This document shows, piece by piece, positions 19,213-27,673 of a stretch of DNA of 64,000 nt; the first letter of the stretch is position 1; the number at the start of each line of letters is the position of its first letter. The DNA is from a virus: IMG/VR virus record IMGVR_UViG_3300008117_000001. One strand, written 5' to 3'. The notes below the pieces were generated by a model. It was not told where the DNA came from, searched no databases, and was given only the letters and a program-made list of their open reading frames with translations. A program made the position numbers and the translations under genes.

Positions 19213-20004
19213 ATGATTTTAGATAAAAAATATTACAAAGAATATCCTTTGATAATTGGTTTGGCTGGCAAAGCTGCTAGCGGTAAAACCTCTGTTGCTG
19301 AAAGCATAGTCCCTAAGGCGTCTGTTAATCCGGTAAGTAATTCCATAATATGGGATCACATATTCTTTACGCTACCACTCTATGAGATTGCCTCTATTAA
19401 AAGAACCACATTAGGTCTTCGTCAAAAAGATCGTCAGCTATTTGCTATTCATCAAGTTTTGTTTGATTTATTTGGCGGTAGTGCCCTAGGTAATATACCG
19501 GACTATAGGCACTTTACTGATTTAGTTGAACAGATATACGCTCTGCCAATAGAGCAAGAGCCACTAAAGCCAAGAAGCTTCCTGCAAAAAGCAGGAGATC
19601 TATGCAGACTATATGATCCCGAATGCTTCGCTAAATGGGTAATCTACAAGGCATCGAAAATGCATAGAAGTATTATATCTGCCGATTCATACGAGGAAAA
19701 TGAGCTTCCTGTTGGAATTATTATTTCCGACGTTCGTTTTGTAAATGAGGCTAGCAAGATATTAGGTCATCCAAATGGAATGGTGATCTACTTTGACGCT
19801 TCAGATGAAACTAGAAATGCTAGAATGATGAAGAGAGACGGCATGCTTATGACGGAAGCTCAATCTTCTCATGTATCGGAGCAAGAATGTGACTTGGTAA
19901 AAGGTCTAGCATCTGCTATAATAAATACAGACAACATGTCGATGGAAGATCAAGCTTCTCAGACAATACAAATAATAAACGGATATATAAACGCGTATGC
20001 CTAA
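19213..20004 (+). CDS. deoxynucleoside monophosphate kinase
   Basis: GLAGKAASGKT P-loop, RSFLQKAG, IISDVRFVNE, HVSE. Confidence 0.85.
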   Translation: MILDKKYYKEYPLIIGLAGKAASGKTSVAESIVPKASVNPVSNSIIWDHIFFTLPLYEIASIKRTTLGLRQKDRQLFAIHQVLFDLFGGSALGNIPDYRHFTDLVEQIYALPIEQEPLKPRSFLQKAGDLCRLYDPECFAKWVIYKASKMHRSIISADSYEENELPVGIIISDVRFVNEASKILGHPNGMVIYFDASDETRNARMMKRDGMLMTEAQSSHVSEQECDLVKGLASAIINTDNMSMEDQASQTIQIINGYINAYA

Positions 20005-20317
20005 AATAACCAAAACAGCAATGGAGCAATCTATAGATTCTCCCTTAGATCAGGTGGTGAACCTTTTGAGTAATGAAGTATCTTTAACAAGTTCTCCCAT
20101 AGTAATATGTGGGGTAAATAGAAAAATCAATATTGGAAACTTTGAAAATATTGATGTCTATGCAGGAGTGACAATACCCTTGCATGGAGTTTCATTTGAA
20201 GATAAAGAGGCGCTTACTTCGGCAATAGAGGAGGCTGTATCCTATGGTTTTTCTCTTGCGTCAAAAGAAACTGGTGAGCGCTACATGCTGATAAAAGATT
20301 CCCAGCAGGGTAAATAA
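19997..20317 (+). CDS. hypothetical protein
   Basis: 106 aa; RKINIGNFENIDV. Confidence 0.7.
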   Translation: MPKITKTAMEQSIDSPLDQVVNLLSNEVSLTSSPIVICGVNRKINIGNFENIDVYAGVTIPLHGVSFEDKEALTSAIEEAVSYGFSLASKETGERYMLIKDSQQGK

Positions 20318-20365
20318 TAAGCAAGTTAATTACTATAAATTCACCAATAGCAAGAAGAGGATAAA

Positions 20366-20635
20366 ATGATTAATTTAATTAAGAAGATTTTTGGTTTGAA
20401 AAAGACTAAAACGATTACTCCTGCTGTTAGCACACCAAAGCCTGTGTTAGCAGAAGTTAAGGCTGAGCCAAAACCTTCAGTGAAGCCAGTTTCGCCCGTA
20501 AAAGATGAAACCTGCATTGACAAGAAACCAACTGCCAAAAAGCCTGGCAGACCAAAGGGGCAAGGTTCTTCTTCTGCCAAGAAGCCAGCTGCTAAAAAAG
20601 CTCCTGCTGCACAAAAACAAAATAAAAATATCTAA
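20366..20635 (+). CDS. Lys/Pro/Ala-rich histone-like protein
   Basis: KKPGRPKG, AKKPAAKKAPAA. Confidence 0.7.
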   Translation: MINLIKKIFGLKKTKTITPAVSTPKPVLAEVKAEPKPSVKPVSPVKDETCIDKKPTAKKPGRPKGQGSSSAKKPAAKKAPAAQKQNKNI

Positions 20636-20660
20636 TATTAAACATTTTAATAGCAGTAAA

Positions 20661-20709
20661 GACTAGTTATATAGTGGCAGAAATGTTACTATATAACTAG
20701 TCTTTTTTT
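20661..20709 (+). terminator. long hairpin terminator containing a promoter motif
   Basis: gactagttatatagt(ggc)-agaaat-(gtt)actatataactagtc, then a T-run. Confidence 0.75.
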
Positions 20710-20728
20710 ATTAGTAAGGTGGTTAATT

Positions 20729-20875
20729 ATGGCCGATAAAGGTTGGGGTAATAAAACATCCTCAGAAAAAAATTATTATAAACTACTCAAAGATTCTGTC
20801 ATGAATGTTATTGATACCAAGAAAACTGGTGGTCAATATTCAAGTCATTGGACAAAAAACAATAATGGCAAGTAA
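20729..20875 (+). CDS. small basic protein (48 aa)
   Basis: Own translation MADKGWGNKTSSEKNYYKLLKDS...NNGK; AAGGTGG SD. Confidence 0.6.
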   Translation: MADKGWGNKTSSEKNYYKLLKDSVMNVIDTKKTGGQYSSHWTKNNNGK

Positions 20876-21038
20876 GAAGAAAGCAGCTTATCAAAAAAAG
20901 ATTAAGTCTGTTATGGGAGAATTCGGTAGGGGCACCTTGCATTCAGGAAAAGGTGGTCCAGTAGTTAAATCCAAAAAGCAAGCAATAGCTATTGCAATAT
21001 CGTCAGCTGATAGATTGAAGAAGAAGCGTAAAAAATAA
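20865..21038 (+). CDS. small basic protein, DUF6496-like
   Basis: KIKSVMGEFGRGTLHSGKGGPVVKSKKQAIAIAIS. Confidence 0.75.
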   Translation: MASKKKAAYQKKIKSVMGEFGRGTLHSGKGGPVVKSKKQAIAIAISSADRLKKKRKK

Positions 21039-21151
21039 TGGCTTTTAAGAAATCTATCTACATTAGTGGACCAAGAATGGGAACAAATAATCAAAAAAGT
21101 AATGGTCCAGTTCTTTCTGCTAGGCCAAAGAAAAAAAGAAAAAAGAAATAA
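21038..21151 (+). CDS. small basic peptide (37 aa)
   Basis: Own translation MAFKKSIYISGPRMG...PKKKRKKK; TAATG coupling. Confidence 0.55.
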   Translation: MAFKKSIYISGPRMGTNNQKSNGPVLSARPKKKRKKK

Positions 21152-21178
21152 CTTTATTTTATTGATTTAGGACTAGAT

Positions 21179-21418
21179 ATGGCTCAAATTAAAAAGAAAA
21201 AAGATAAGTTTCGAGTAGCAGTTCCTGGACAGGCTGGAGAATTTCCCCCTATAGCTAATGATCATGGCGAAAGATTTATACCCAAAAAGGGTAATAAAGA
21301 AAAAAATCACATGGAAACTAAAGATAAAAAGTATCGTGCCATAAAAAAAACCGTTGGCAGAACAATTTCTAAACCCTCTGGTAAAAAGTCAAATAGCTCT
21401 AAGCGAAGGAGTAGCTAA
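21179..21418 (+). CDS. small basic protein
   Basis: 79 aa, Lys/Arg-rich, TAATG coupling to next gene. Confidence 0.65.
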   Translation: MAQIKKKKDKFRVAVPGQAGEFPPIANDHGERFIPKKGNKEKNHMETKDKKYRAIKKTVGRTISKPSGKKSNSSKRRSS

Positions 21419-21729
21419 TGCCAGCTAAAAAAGATTCACGATTAACTAAAGCTGGTGTTTCTGGTTTTAACAAACCAAAGCGTACACCTAGTCATCCTAC
21501 AAAATCTCACATTGTAGTAGCTAAGCAGGGGGATCAAATTAAGACAATACGTTTTGGTCAACAGGGTGTTAAAACAAATCAAACTGTTGGTCAGAGAAAA
21601 GCTTTTGCCTCACGCCATGCAAAGAATATTTCCAAAGGCAAGATGTCGGCTGCATACTGGGCCAATAAAGTTAAATGGAGCCCCAGCAAAACTCAGTCAC
21701 CCTCAAAGAAATGGGTTAAGGGATCTTGA
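21418..21729 (+). CDS. basic conserved phage protein
   Basis: GVSGFNKPKRTPSHPTKSHIVVAK..KTIRFGQQG..FASRH..SAAYWA. Confidence 0.8.
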   Translation: MPAKKDSRLTKAGVSGFNKPKRTPSHPTKSHIVVAKQGDQIKTIRFGQQGVKTNQTVGQRKAFASRHAKNISKGKMSAAYWANKVKWSPSKTQSPSKKWVKGS

Positions 21730-21730
21730 C

Positions 21731-21994
21731 ATGGAAGCCATCATTGTTGCTGTCATCGCTGCTGTAGGCGGAATTCTTGCAGCTCTTGTTCAGAAGAGTA
21801 GAACTGAAAATAAAAATGATCACAATGTTGTTGCAACAATGCTGATAGATGTTAAGGATGAAATACTTAATTTACATCATAAGATAGATCATGTTGACGA
21901 ACAGGTGGACAAGGTAGATGATCAAATGCATGATCATATGATGTGGCATTATAAGAAATCAAGCGAAAACAAAAGCAAAGTAAAGGGGGTGTAA
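21731..21994 (+). CDS. single-TM protein with coiled coil (holin-like?)
   Basis: MEAIIVAVIAAVGGILAALV followed by heptad-like DHVDEQVDKVDD; distal part of the 21554 ORF. Confidence 0.7.
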   Translation: MEAIIVAVIAAVGGILAALVQKSRTENKNDHNVVATMLIDVKDEILNLHHKIDHVDEQVDKVDDQMHDHMMWHYKKSSENKSKVKGV

Positions 21995-21996
21995 TT

Positions 21997-22119
21997 ATGT
22001 CTGGTCATACTGGTATGGGTAAGAAAAAAATGGGTGGATCCAAGAAAATGGGCACTAAGAAGATGGGCGCCAAGAAAATGGGCGGTTCCAAGAAAATGGG
22101 TGGCAAGAAGATGTACTGA
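21997..22119 (+). CDS. 40-aa KKMG-repeat peptide
   Basis: Own translation MSGHTGMGKKKMGGSKKMGTKKMGAKKMGGSKKMGGKKMY; GGGGGTG SD. Confidence 0.7.
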   Translation: MSGHTGMGKKKMGGSKKMGTKKMGAKKMGGSKKMGGKKMY

Positions 22120-22159
22120 AATTAATTTTCAGTCTTAGTTTAAGATTAAGGTAATAATT

Positions 22160-22291
22160 ATGGCAATGAAGAAGAAAGCAAGTGCTGCAAAAGGATCAAC
22201 TTCAAAAAAGATGGCTGGTCTTACTCCAGCTCAGAAGAAGCTTCCTCCATTTATTCAGTCAGCAATATTAAAAAAGAAAAAGAAAAAGTAA
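22160..22291 (+). CDS. small basic peptide (43 aa)
   Basis: Own translation MAMKKKASAAKGSTSKKMAGLTPAQKKLPPFIQSAILKKKKKK; AAGG SD. Confidence 0.65.
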   Translation: MAMKKKASAAKGSTSKKMAGLTPAQKKLPPFIQSAILKKKKKK

Positions 22292-22310
22292 TCTAATCAT
22301 TTCAATTAAA

Positions 22311-22346
22311 GAGGGTTATGGTAAAAACGCCATAGCCTTCTTTTTT
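22311..22346 (+). terminator. intrinsic terminator
   Basis: gagggttatgg/ccatagccttc stem followed by T6. Confidence 0.75.
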
Positions 22347-22397
22347 ATTTGTATCATTACTATATCTTCTGCGGACAACTTAAAGATCGAGGGAGAT

Positions 22398-23741
22398 ATG
22401 TCTAAATTTAAAAACATCTTATCAGTATTATCAATTACTCTAGGTATCGGACTGCTTATCAGTCCAGTTAGCAATTCATCCGTGGCCTTAGCTACCAGTG
22501 GTGGTGGTGGCCCAATTGTGTTGGATGGAATGGATCCAGTTTGCCACTCTGGATGGGAAAGTACTGGTCAATATATAGCCAAGGTTTTAAAGAAGGTGCA
22601 TGATGGTGCGCGAAATTTAAATAATGGACATATCGCCATTGTTGGCTCAAACGCTACTACAACCTCATGTGGAGCTGACTGGGCTACCCAATTAAGTACA
22701 CAGTTTTTAGCTGAATTTTCTACTGCACCTCAGATTGATTTTTATGTTACAGATTCAGAAATAAGCACATTCTTCAGTAGCACAATCACCTCTAATCCTC
22801 CAGCGGTATTATGGATACCGGACAACTGGAATCGCGCTTCCAGTACAGAAGATATTTTTACAGCTAACGCAGAAAAGATAGCAGACTTTGTCAATGGTGG
22901 CGGTGGTCTTTTTGCTAACTTTGGTTCATATGGATGGCTAACAGCCCTGTTACCGCAAGCAGTATACAATAATGGTGGATGCAACGGGGGGCCAGAAGCT
23001 ACAACAGACGGTATTGCTGATTTTGGTCTTAGTAATACACTTGTCGCTGCATGCTGGCACGGTTATTTTACTGGTAATGTGGGCACATTAAAAACACTTG
23101 TAGACTATCCATATCCTAGCGCAAGTGACTCTAGAAAGTCTGTTTCTATTGGAGGCGGAAGCGTTTCTCTTCCTAGCTCTTTTATTCTTTCTTATAGCCC
23201 TCAGCAACCTCGTGCTGGTGAGCCAATTACAATTACCGCTACTGCGCAAACTTTAGCAGGAGTTCCACAGGCTGGAGTTACGGTTTCCATGACCGTCTCC
23301 TCTGGACCAGATTCAGGGCAAACTTTTACTGCAACCACAGATTCTAATGGAATAGCTAACATTACAGTTAATACAGCATCTCAAGGTACAGCAGTGTATA
23401 CCGCTAGTGCAACGGTTAACGGTGTAGTTAAAGTTGTTTCAATTACAGTTTCCTGGGACCCTCCTGCCCCCACTACCACTATTGAAACGACAACTACCGT
23501 TGTTGCAACTGTTCCGGAAACAACTACAACTGAACCACAAATAATTGTAGATCCAACCACAACCACAATTCATGACCATAGCACTCATGACCATGGGACA
23601 GAGGATACCATAAGTGCACCTCTTCCAACAACTGGGCAAGATAGCAATTCTTCCATGGGCATTGGCGCTTTCTTGATTACTATAGGCATATCAATATTTA
23701 TGTTTAATCGAAAGGTTTTAAAGAATGGCAAAGCCAACTGA
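22398..23741 (+). CDS. secreted LPxTG cell-wall-anchored protein with Ig-like domain
   Basis: Signal peptide, TATTDSNGIANIT Big-like domain, Thr/Pro linker, LPTTG + TM + RKVLK tail. Confidence 0.8.
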   Translation: MSKFKNILSVLSITLGIGLLISPVSNSSVALATSGGGGPIVLDGMDPVCHSGWESTGQYIAKVLKKVHDGARNLNNGHIAIVGSNATTTSCGADWATQLSTQFLAEFSTAPQIDFYVTDSEISTFFSSTITSNPPAVLWIPDNWNRASSTEDIFTANAEKIADFVNGGGGLFANFGSYGWLTALLPQAVYNNGGCNGGPEATTDGIADFGLSNTLVAACWHGYFTGNVGTLKTLVDYPYPSASDSRKSVSIGGGSVSLPSSFILSYSPQQPRAGEPITITATAQTLAGVPQAGVTVSMTVSSGPDSGQTFTATTDSNGIANITVNTASQGTAVYTASATVNGVVKVVSITVSWDPPAPTTTIETTTTVVATVPETTTTEPQIIVDPTTTTIHDHSTHDHGTEDTISAPLPTTGQDSNSSMGIGAFLITIGISIFMFNRKVLKNGKAN

Positions 23742-23937
23742 TAAAAAATGGATTCAGAAAGCAATTAAAAGACCTGGAGCTTTTACGGCTAAAGCTAAAA
23801 AAGCTGGAAAAACACCAGCAGCCTATGCGTCAGCTGTAACCAAGAATCCTGGTAGATACAGCAAGCTGACTGTCCAGCAGGCAAATTTTGCTAAGACTTT
23901 GAAAAAGATTACAAATAAAAATAAGAAAAAGAAGTGA
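23725..23937 (+). CDS. small basic protein
   Basis: KWIQKAIKRPGAFTAKAKKAG; C-terminal KKKK. Confidence 0.75.
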   Translation: MAKPTDKKWIQKAIKRPGAFTAKAKKAGKTPAAYASAVTKNPGRYSKLTVQQANFAKTLKKITNKNKKKK

Positions 23938-23954
23938 TTTAGGAGATTAAGATT

Positions 23955-24767
23955 ATGATTTATCCATACATTAAACACGTTGTCCCAACTGCATTAAAGG
24001 CGCATAAGAATGGTCAGCTTCCTGAAAATCTGCTAGCTAATGTTAAGACTGGTGGACGGATGTATGCACCTGTAGCTGAAGAGTTCAATAAGATGTACGA
24101 CGCTGCAATGGCTGCTGGTTTTAAGCTTCGCAATGTTGGAGATTATCGTTCATTTAAGAGTCAGTTGGATATGTTTCTTTCTCGCTACTCCACAACAGAT
24201 CAGGGTCGTAGCCCACAGGTAACCCGTCAATATGAAGGTAAGACCTGGTATTTAAAGCCGGGTAATGCTCCGTCAGCTGCACCAGATCCCACTGGAGTCA
24301 AGGGCTCAAATCATGGTTGGGGTACAGCCATAGATCTTGGTTACGAGGCTAATGGGAAACTACAGTCAATGGGCGGAGCCTGCTTCGAGTGGATGTGTGC
24401 AAATGCTCCTAAGTGGGGCTTTTATCTTCAAACATCAGATAAGAACTCAAAAGAATTCGAAGCTTGGCACTGGCAGTACTGCCTAGGGGACGCTAAGCCA
24501 GATGGTTCAGCAGCAGCTCCAGTTGAAGCCATTGTTCCTTCCGGTGGATCAGTTGAGGCTGGCCCTATGGTATTCAATTATCCTGGAACACCAGTTAAGT
24601 TAGGCTCAAAAGGCGCAGCTGCTGCTTTAGTTCAGGGTGTTATCGGCGCTAAGACCGATGGCGACTTTGGTCCTAAGTCTGTTGAAGCCCTTAAAAAATG
24701 GCAAGCAGCAAATGGTTTAAAGGCTGACGGTGTTGTTGGTCCGGTGACATGGGATAAAATGTTCTGA
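23955..24767 (+). CDS. endolysin: M15-type peptidase plus peptidoglycan-binding domain
   Basis: YRSF..Q, SNHGWGTAID, EAWHWQY; C-terminal DGDFGPKS..LKKWQ..NGLKADGVVGPVTW. Confidence 0.9.
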   Translation: MIYPYIKHVVPTALKAHKNGQLPENLLANVKTGGRMYAPVAEEFNKMYDAAMAAGFKLRNVGDYRSFKSQLDMFLSRYSTTDQGRSPQVTRQYEGKTWYLKPGNAPSAAPDPTGVKGSNHGWGTAIDLGYEANGKLQSMGGACFEWMCANAPKWGFYLQTSDKNSKEFEAWHWQYCLGDAKPDGSAAAPVEAIVPSGGSVEAGPMVFNYPGTPVKLGSKGAAAALVQGVIGAKTDGDFGPKSVEALKKWQAANGLKADGVVGPVTWDKMF

Positions 24768-24958
24768 TGAAAAAAATAATACTTGTATTAACTGCAATTG
24801 TCGGAGCTTTTTGCATGGGTCTTTTAAGTGGTTGTAACGATTCGTATCGTTACCCATGTCAGGATCCAGCTAATTGGGAGAGTGCGGATTGTAAGCCACC
24901 TATTTGTGAAGCTTCTGGAACATGTCCAGAGGATATTTATGGGAGTATACCAGAATGA
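24767..24958 (+). CDS. small Cys-rich lipoprotein
   Basis: Lipobox LLSGC after a hydrophobic stretch; YPCQDP..C..PICEASGTC. Confidence 0.75.
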   Translation: MKKIILVLTAIVGAFCMGLLSGCNDSYRYPCQDPANWESADCKPPICEASGTCPEDIYGSIPE

Positions 24959-25260
24959 GTAATGTAAAAAAAAGATATACAAACAGTGAAATTAAAGCTA
25001 GAATGGTCTTCTTTGTAGGTGCAACTTTAGCTTTTACCTTTGCAGTCATAGTTGTTGGCGTTATGTATGCGCTTGTATTTGTGACTCAACCAATTGATCA
25101 GCAGTCGCCAAATGACAAGGCCTTTATTGATTCCCTATTAGTTCCAATCGTTCTATTCCTTTCCGGATGTCTTTCCGGCGTGCTTGCAGCTAATGGCCTA
25201 AAGGACAAAGAGAAGTCAAGCGGTAGCGGCTATGGAGTATATGATCAGGATCAAGAGTAA
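24955..25260 (+). CDS. two-TM membrane protein (holin candidate)
   Basis: Two long hydrophobic segments; follows endolysin and lipoprotein. Confidence 0.65.
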   Translation: MSNVKKRYTNSEIKARMVFFVGATLAFTFAVIVVGVMYALVFVTQPIDQQSPNDKAFIDSLLVPIVLFLSGCLSGVLAANGLKDKEKSSGSGYGVYDQDQE

Positions 25261-25436
25261 TGGCACAAAGAAGAAATGTAGCAAAAAATCCTAAGCTATG
25301 GAGTCAAGCTAAATCTATGGCTAGATCAAAGTTTGATGTTTACCCTTCTGCCTATGCTAACGCATGGGCGGTAAAATGGTATAAGTCCAAGGGTGGAGCA
25401 TGGAGAACGACATCTGCACCTAAAAAGAAAAAGTGA
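25260..25436 (+). CDS. small basic protein (58 aa)
   Basis: Own translation MAQRRNVAKNPKLWSQAK..FDVYPSAYANAWAVKWYKSKGG..KKKK; TAATG coupling. Confidence 0.75.
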   Translation: MAQRRNVAKNPKLWSQAKSMARSKFDVYPSAYANAWAVKWYKSKGGAWRTTSAPKKKK

Positions 25437-25442
25437 TATACT

Positions 25443-25721
25443 ATGGCTGGACCAAAAGGTGTTGGTTTAACTAAATGGTTTAATCAGAAATGGGTTAACA
25501 TTGGTGCTCCAAAAAAGAATGGCAAGTGGCAGCCTTGTGGAACGTCTGGCAAAGGTGGCGGTTATGCAAAGTGCCTTCCTGTCGCCAAAGCCAATTCACT
25601 ATCCTCTTCTCAGCGGAGAAGTGCGGTTCAAAGAAAAAGGTCTCAAGGCACTCCTTCGAAAGGTGTTAAAGGGCAAGCTCCAAAAAATGTTGCTACCTTT
25701 AAAAAGAAAAAGAAAAAATAA
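25443..25721 (+). CDS. small basic protein, DUF5872-like
   Basis: GLTKWFNQKWVNI..PCG..YAKCLP..KANSLS..RRSAVQRKR. Confidence 0.75.
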   Translation: MAGPKGVGLTKWFNQKWVNIGAPKKNGKWQPCGTSGKGGGYAKCLPVAKANSLSSSQRRSAVQRKRSQGTPSKGVKGQAPKNVATFKKKKKK

Positions 25722-25927
25722 TGGATGAAGTTTTTTCTGGCTTTATGCCAGCAATAAAAAATATTGAAATTACTGGTCAGACACCAATGATAACTGGAGA
25801 TGGATCATTAATTAATGGGCACATAGTAAAGATAACTTTGGGCGACGACAAAGAAATAATACTTTCGCTCATGGAGGATCAGCTTCAAAAATTGTTTTTT
25901 GTTATATTGAAAGTGTTAAACGCATAA
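25721..25927 (+). CDS. hypothetical protein
   Basis: 68 aa ORF, TAATG coupling. Confidence 0.6.
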   Translation: MDEVFSGFMPAIKNIEITGQTPMITGDGSLINGHIVKITLGDDKEIILSLMEDQLQKLFFVILKVLNA

Positions 25928-25938
25928 TTACTTATTAT

Positions 25939-25980
25939 AATGGTGGCACGATGTGACAGTATGAGCATCGTGCCACCATT
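25939..25980. repeat. perfect 15-bp inverted repeat (terminator or regulatory hairpin)
   Basis: aatggtggcacgatg ... catcgtgccaccatt with a 12-nt loop. Confidence 0.8.
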
Positions 25981-25982
25981 TG

Positions 25983-25991
25983 TGTTATAAT
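25983..25991 (+). promoter_or_regulatory. extended -10 promoter
   Basis: TGTTATAAT upstream of the 26048 gene. Confidence 0.5.
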
Positions 25992-26047
25992 GTATAAGTA
26001 TATGTAGTATTCAACCGATGTTACTCAAATAAAGAGACGGTGCTATT

Positions 26048-26806
26048 ATGGCAAAAATTTTATATTATGATATAGAAACAGCTCCAAACTTAAGTTATGT
26101 TTGGGGTCACTTTGAACAAAATGTTATTGAGCACGACAGAGAATGGTATCTGCTATGCGTTTCCTATAGATGGGAAGGCGACAGTAAGACACAGGTGTGT
26201 TCTTTAATTGATTTTCCTGACGCATATAAAAAAGATCCAGAAAATGACTTCTTTGTTGCCAAGAAGCTATGGGAATTAATAGATGAAGCCGATATTGTTA
26301 TTGCTCATAATGGCGATAGATTTGATATGCGCAAAGCAAACGCTAGATTTGTTTACCACAATCTTGGTCCAACATCTCCAGTTAAACAAATTGATACCTT
26401 AAAAGTTGCTAGAAGATATTTCATGTTTAATAGCAATAAGTTAGATCACCTTGGTCAGCACTTGGGTGTTGGAAGAAAAGTTGATACGGGCGGCTTTGAA
26501 ACATGGGCCGGATGTATGCGTGGTGATTTGAAAGCCTGGAAACTAATGACCAAGTATGCAAAGCAGGATGTCGATTTGTTACGTAAAGTTTATATGAAGC
26601 TAAGACCTTGGATGACTAATCATCCAAATCTCAACGTTTATTCTGGCGAATGCAGTTGTCCGACATGTGGGTCAGACGACCTCCAGCGTAGAGGTCAACG
26701 CTATACTCAAATAGGAACCTATCAACAGTGGTTCTGTAACTCATGTGGAGCATGGAGCAGAACTAGATTGTTAGAAGATGTAGAGCGCCCAGGCATAGTT
26801 CCCTGA
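26048..26806 (+). CDS. DnaQ/RNase_H_2-like 3'-5' exonuclease with zinc ribbon
   Basis: YYDIETAP, AHNGDRFD, QIDTLKVAR, NKLDHL, YAKQDV; CPTCGS and CNSCGAW. Confidence 0.85.
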   Translation: MAKILYYDIETAPNLSYVWGHFEQNVIEHDREWYLLCVSYRWEGDSKTQVCSLIDFPDAYKKDPENDFFVAKKLWELIDEADIVIAHNGDRFDMRKANARFVYHNLGPTSPVKQIDTLKVARRYFMFNSNKLDHLGQHLGVGRKVDTGGFETWAGCMRGDLKAWKLMTKYAKQDVDLLRKVYMKLRPWMTNHPNLNVYSGECSCPTCGSDDLQRRGQRYTQIGTYQQWFCNSCGAWSRTRLLEDVERPGIVP

Positions 26807-26814
26807 TATATTTA

Positions 26815-26905
26815 GGAGAGGTGCCAGAGCACGGTTGAATGGAACATCCTGCTAAGATGTCGACACCCTTAAAAGTGTCCGTGGGTTCAAATCCCACCCT
26901 CTCCG
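26815..26905 (+). tRNA. tRNA-Ser (GCT)
   Basis: Acceptor GGAGAGG/CCTCTCC+G; anticodon arm ACATC-CTGCTAA-GATGT; long variable arm GACAC/GTGTC; T-loop GGTTCAAATC; no CCA. Confidence 0.93.
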
Positions 26906-26932
26906 CAAAATGTTTTTGTAAAAAGGAAAGAT

Positions 26933-27673
26933 ATGAATAATCCAGAAGTGTCAGTTGTATTAACTAGCTATAATAAGCCAAGCTATTTAGAAAAAGCAAT
27001 ACATTCAGTCATTCAGCAAACCTACGATAATATTCATTTAATTATTGCAGAAGACAATTCCCCAAACACAAAAGTCATGGATGTAATTCGTGATGTTGTT
27101 GATAATTATCGTGGAGATAAAAGAATAACATTCTTTAATTCATTTATCAAAGAGCAAGATAGGTTAAATACCGCCAGATATGCTACTCAGATAAACACCG
27201 CAGTTCGTTTATATTCAAGATCAAAATACATTTGCTATTTGGCGGACGATGACTTTTATTATCCTGAGATGATTGAGAAAATGGTTTTTTCAGCGGAAAA
27301 AAATAAACATGATGTTGTCTTCTGCGCACAACACATCCTAGATGCAGATGGCAATATTGATGGCTGGGGATTAGATGGTAGAGGCGTTAGATGGTTTAGT
27401 TCACCTTTGGAAAGAGGCGCTGATAAGTTAGACCATAATCAAGTCATGACAACTAGAAGAGTGTTTGATTTAGTAGACGGATGGGACGATCACCCGCACG
27501 CCTGGTCCGGCGCTGATGCATACTTCTTTGATAGAATAGAAAAAAATGGATTCTTATTTCATCCAATAGATTATGATAAACCTTTGCAGGGGAAAGTTTA
27601 TAGGGAAAAGTCAGTGCAGTGGAACTGCACAAACGGTTTCATGCCGACAATGGGAGAAGATAGAAATGTCTAA
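26933..27673 (+). CDS. glycosyltransferase family 2
   Basis: SVVLTSYN, AEDNS, CYLADDDFYYP, LDHNQVM. Confidence 0.88.
   Translation: MNNPEVSVVLTSYNKPSYLEKAIHSVIQQTYDNIHLIIAEDNSPNTKVMDVIRDVVDNYRGDKRITFFNSFIKEQDRLNTARYATQINTAVRLYSRSKYICYLADDDFYYPEMIEKMVFSAEKNKHDVVFCAQHILDADGNIDGWGLDGRGVRWFSSPLERGADKLDHNQVMTTRRVFDLVDGWDDHPHAWSGADAYFFDRIEKNGFLFHPIDYDKPLQGKVYREKSVQWNCTNGFMPTMGEDRNV

Noticed and set aside
21554-21730. N-terminal extension of the 21554..21994 ORF
   Set aside because: Overlaps the conserved 21418..21729 gene; the TM protein more plausibly starts at 21731
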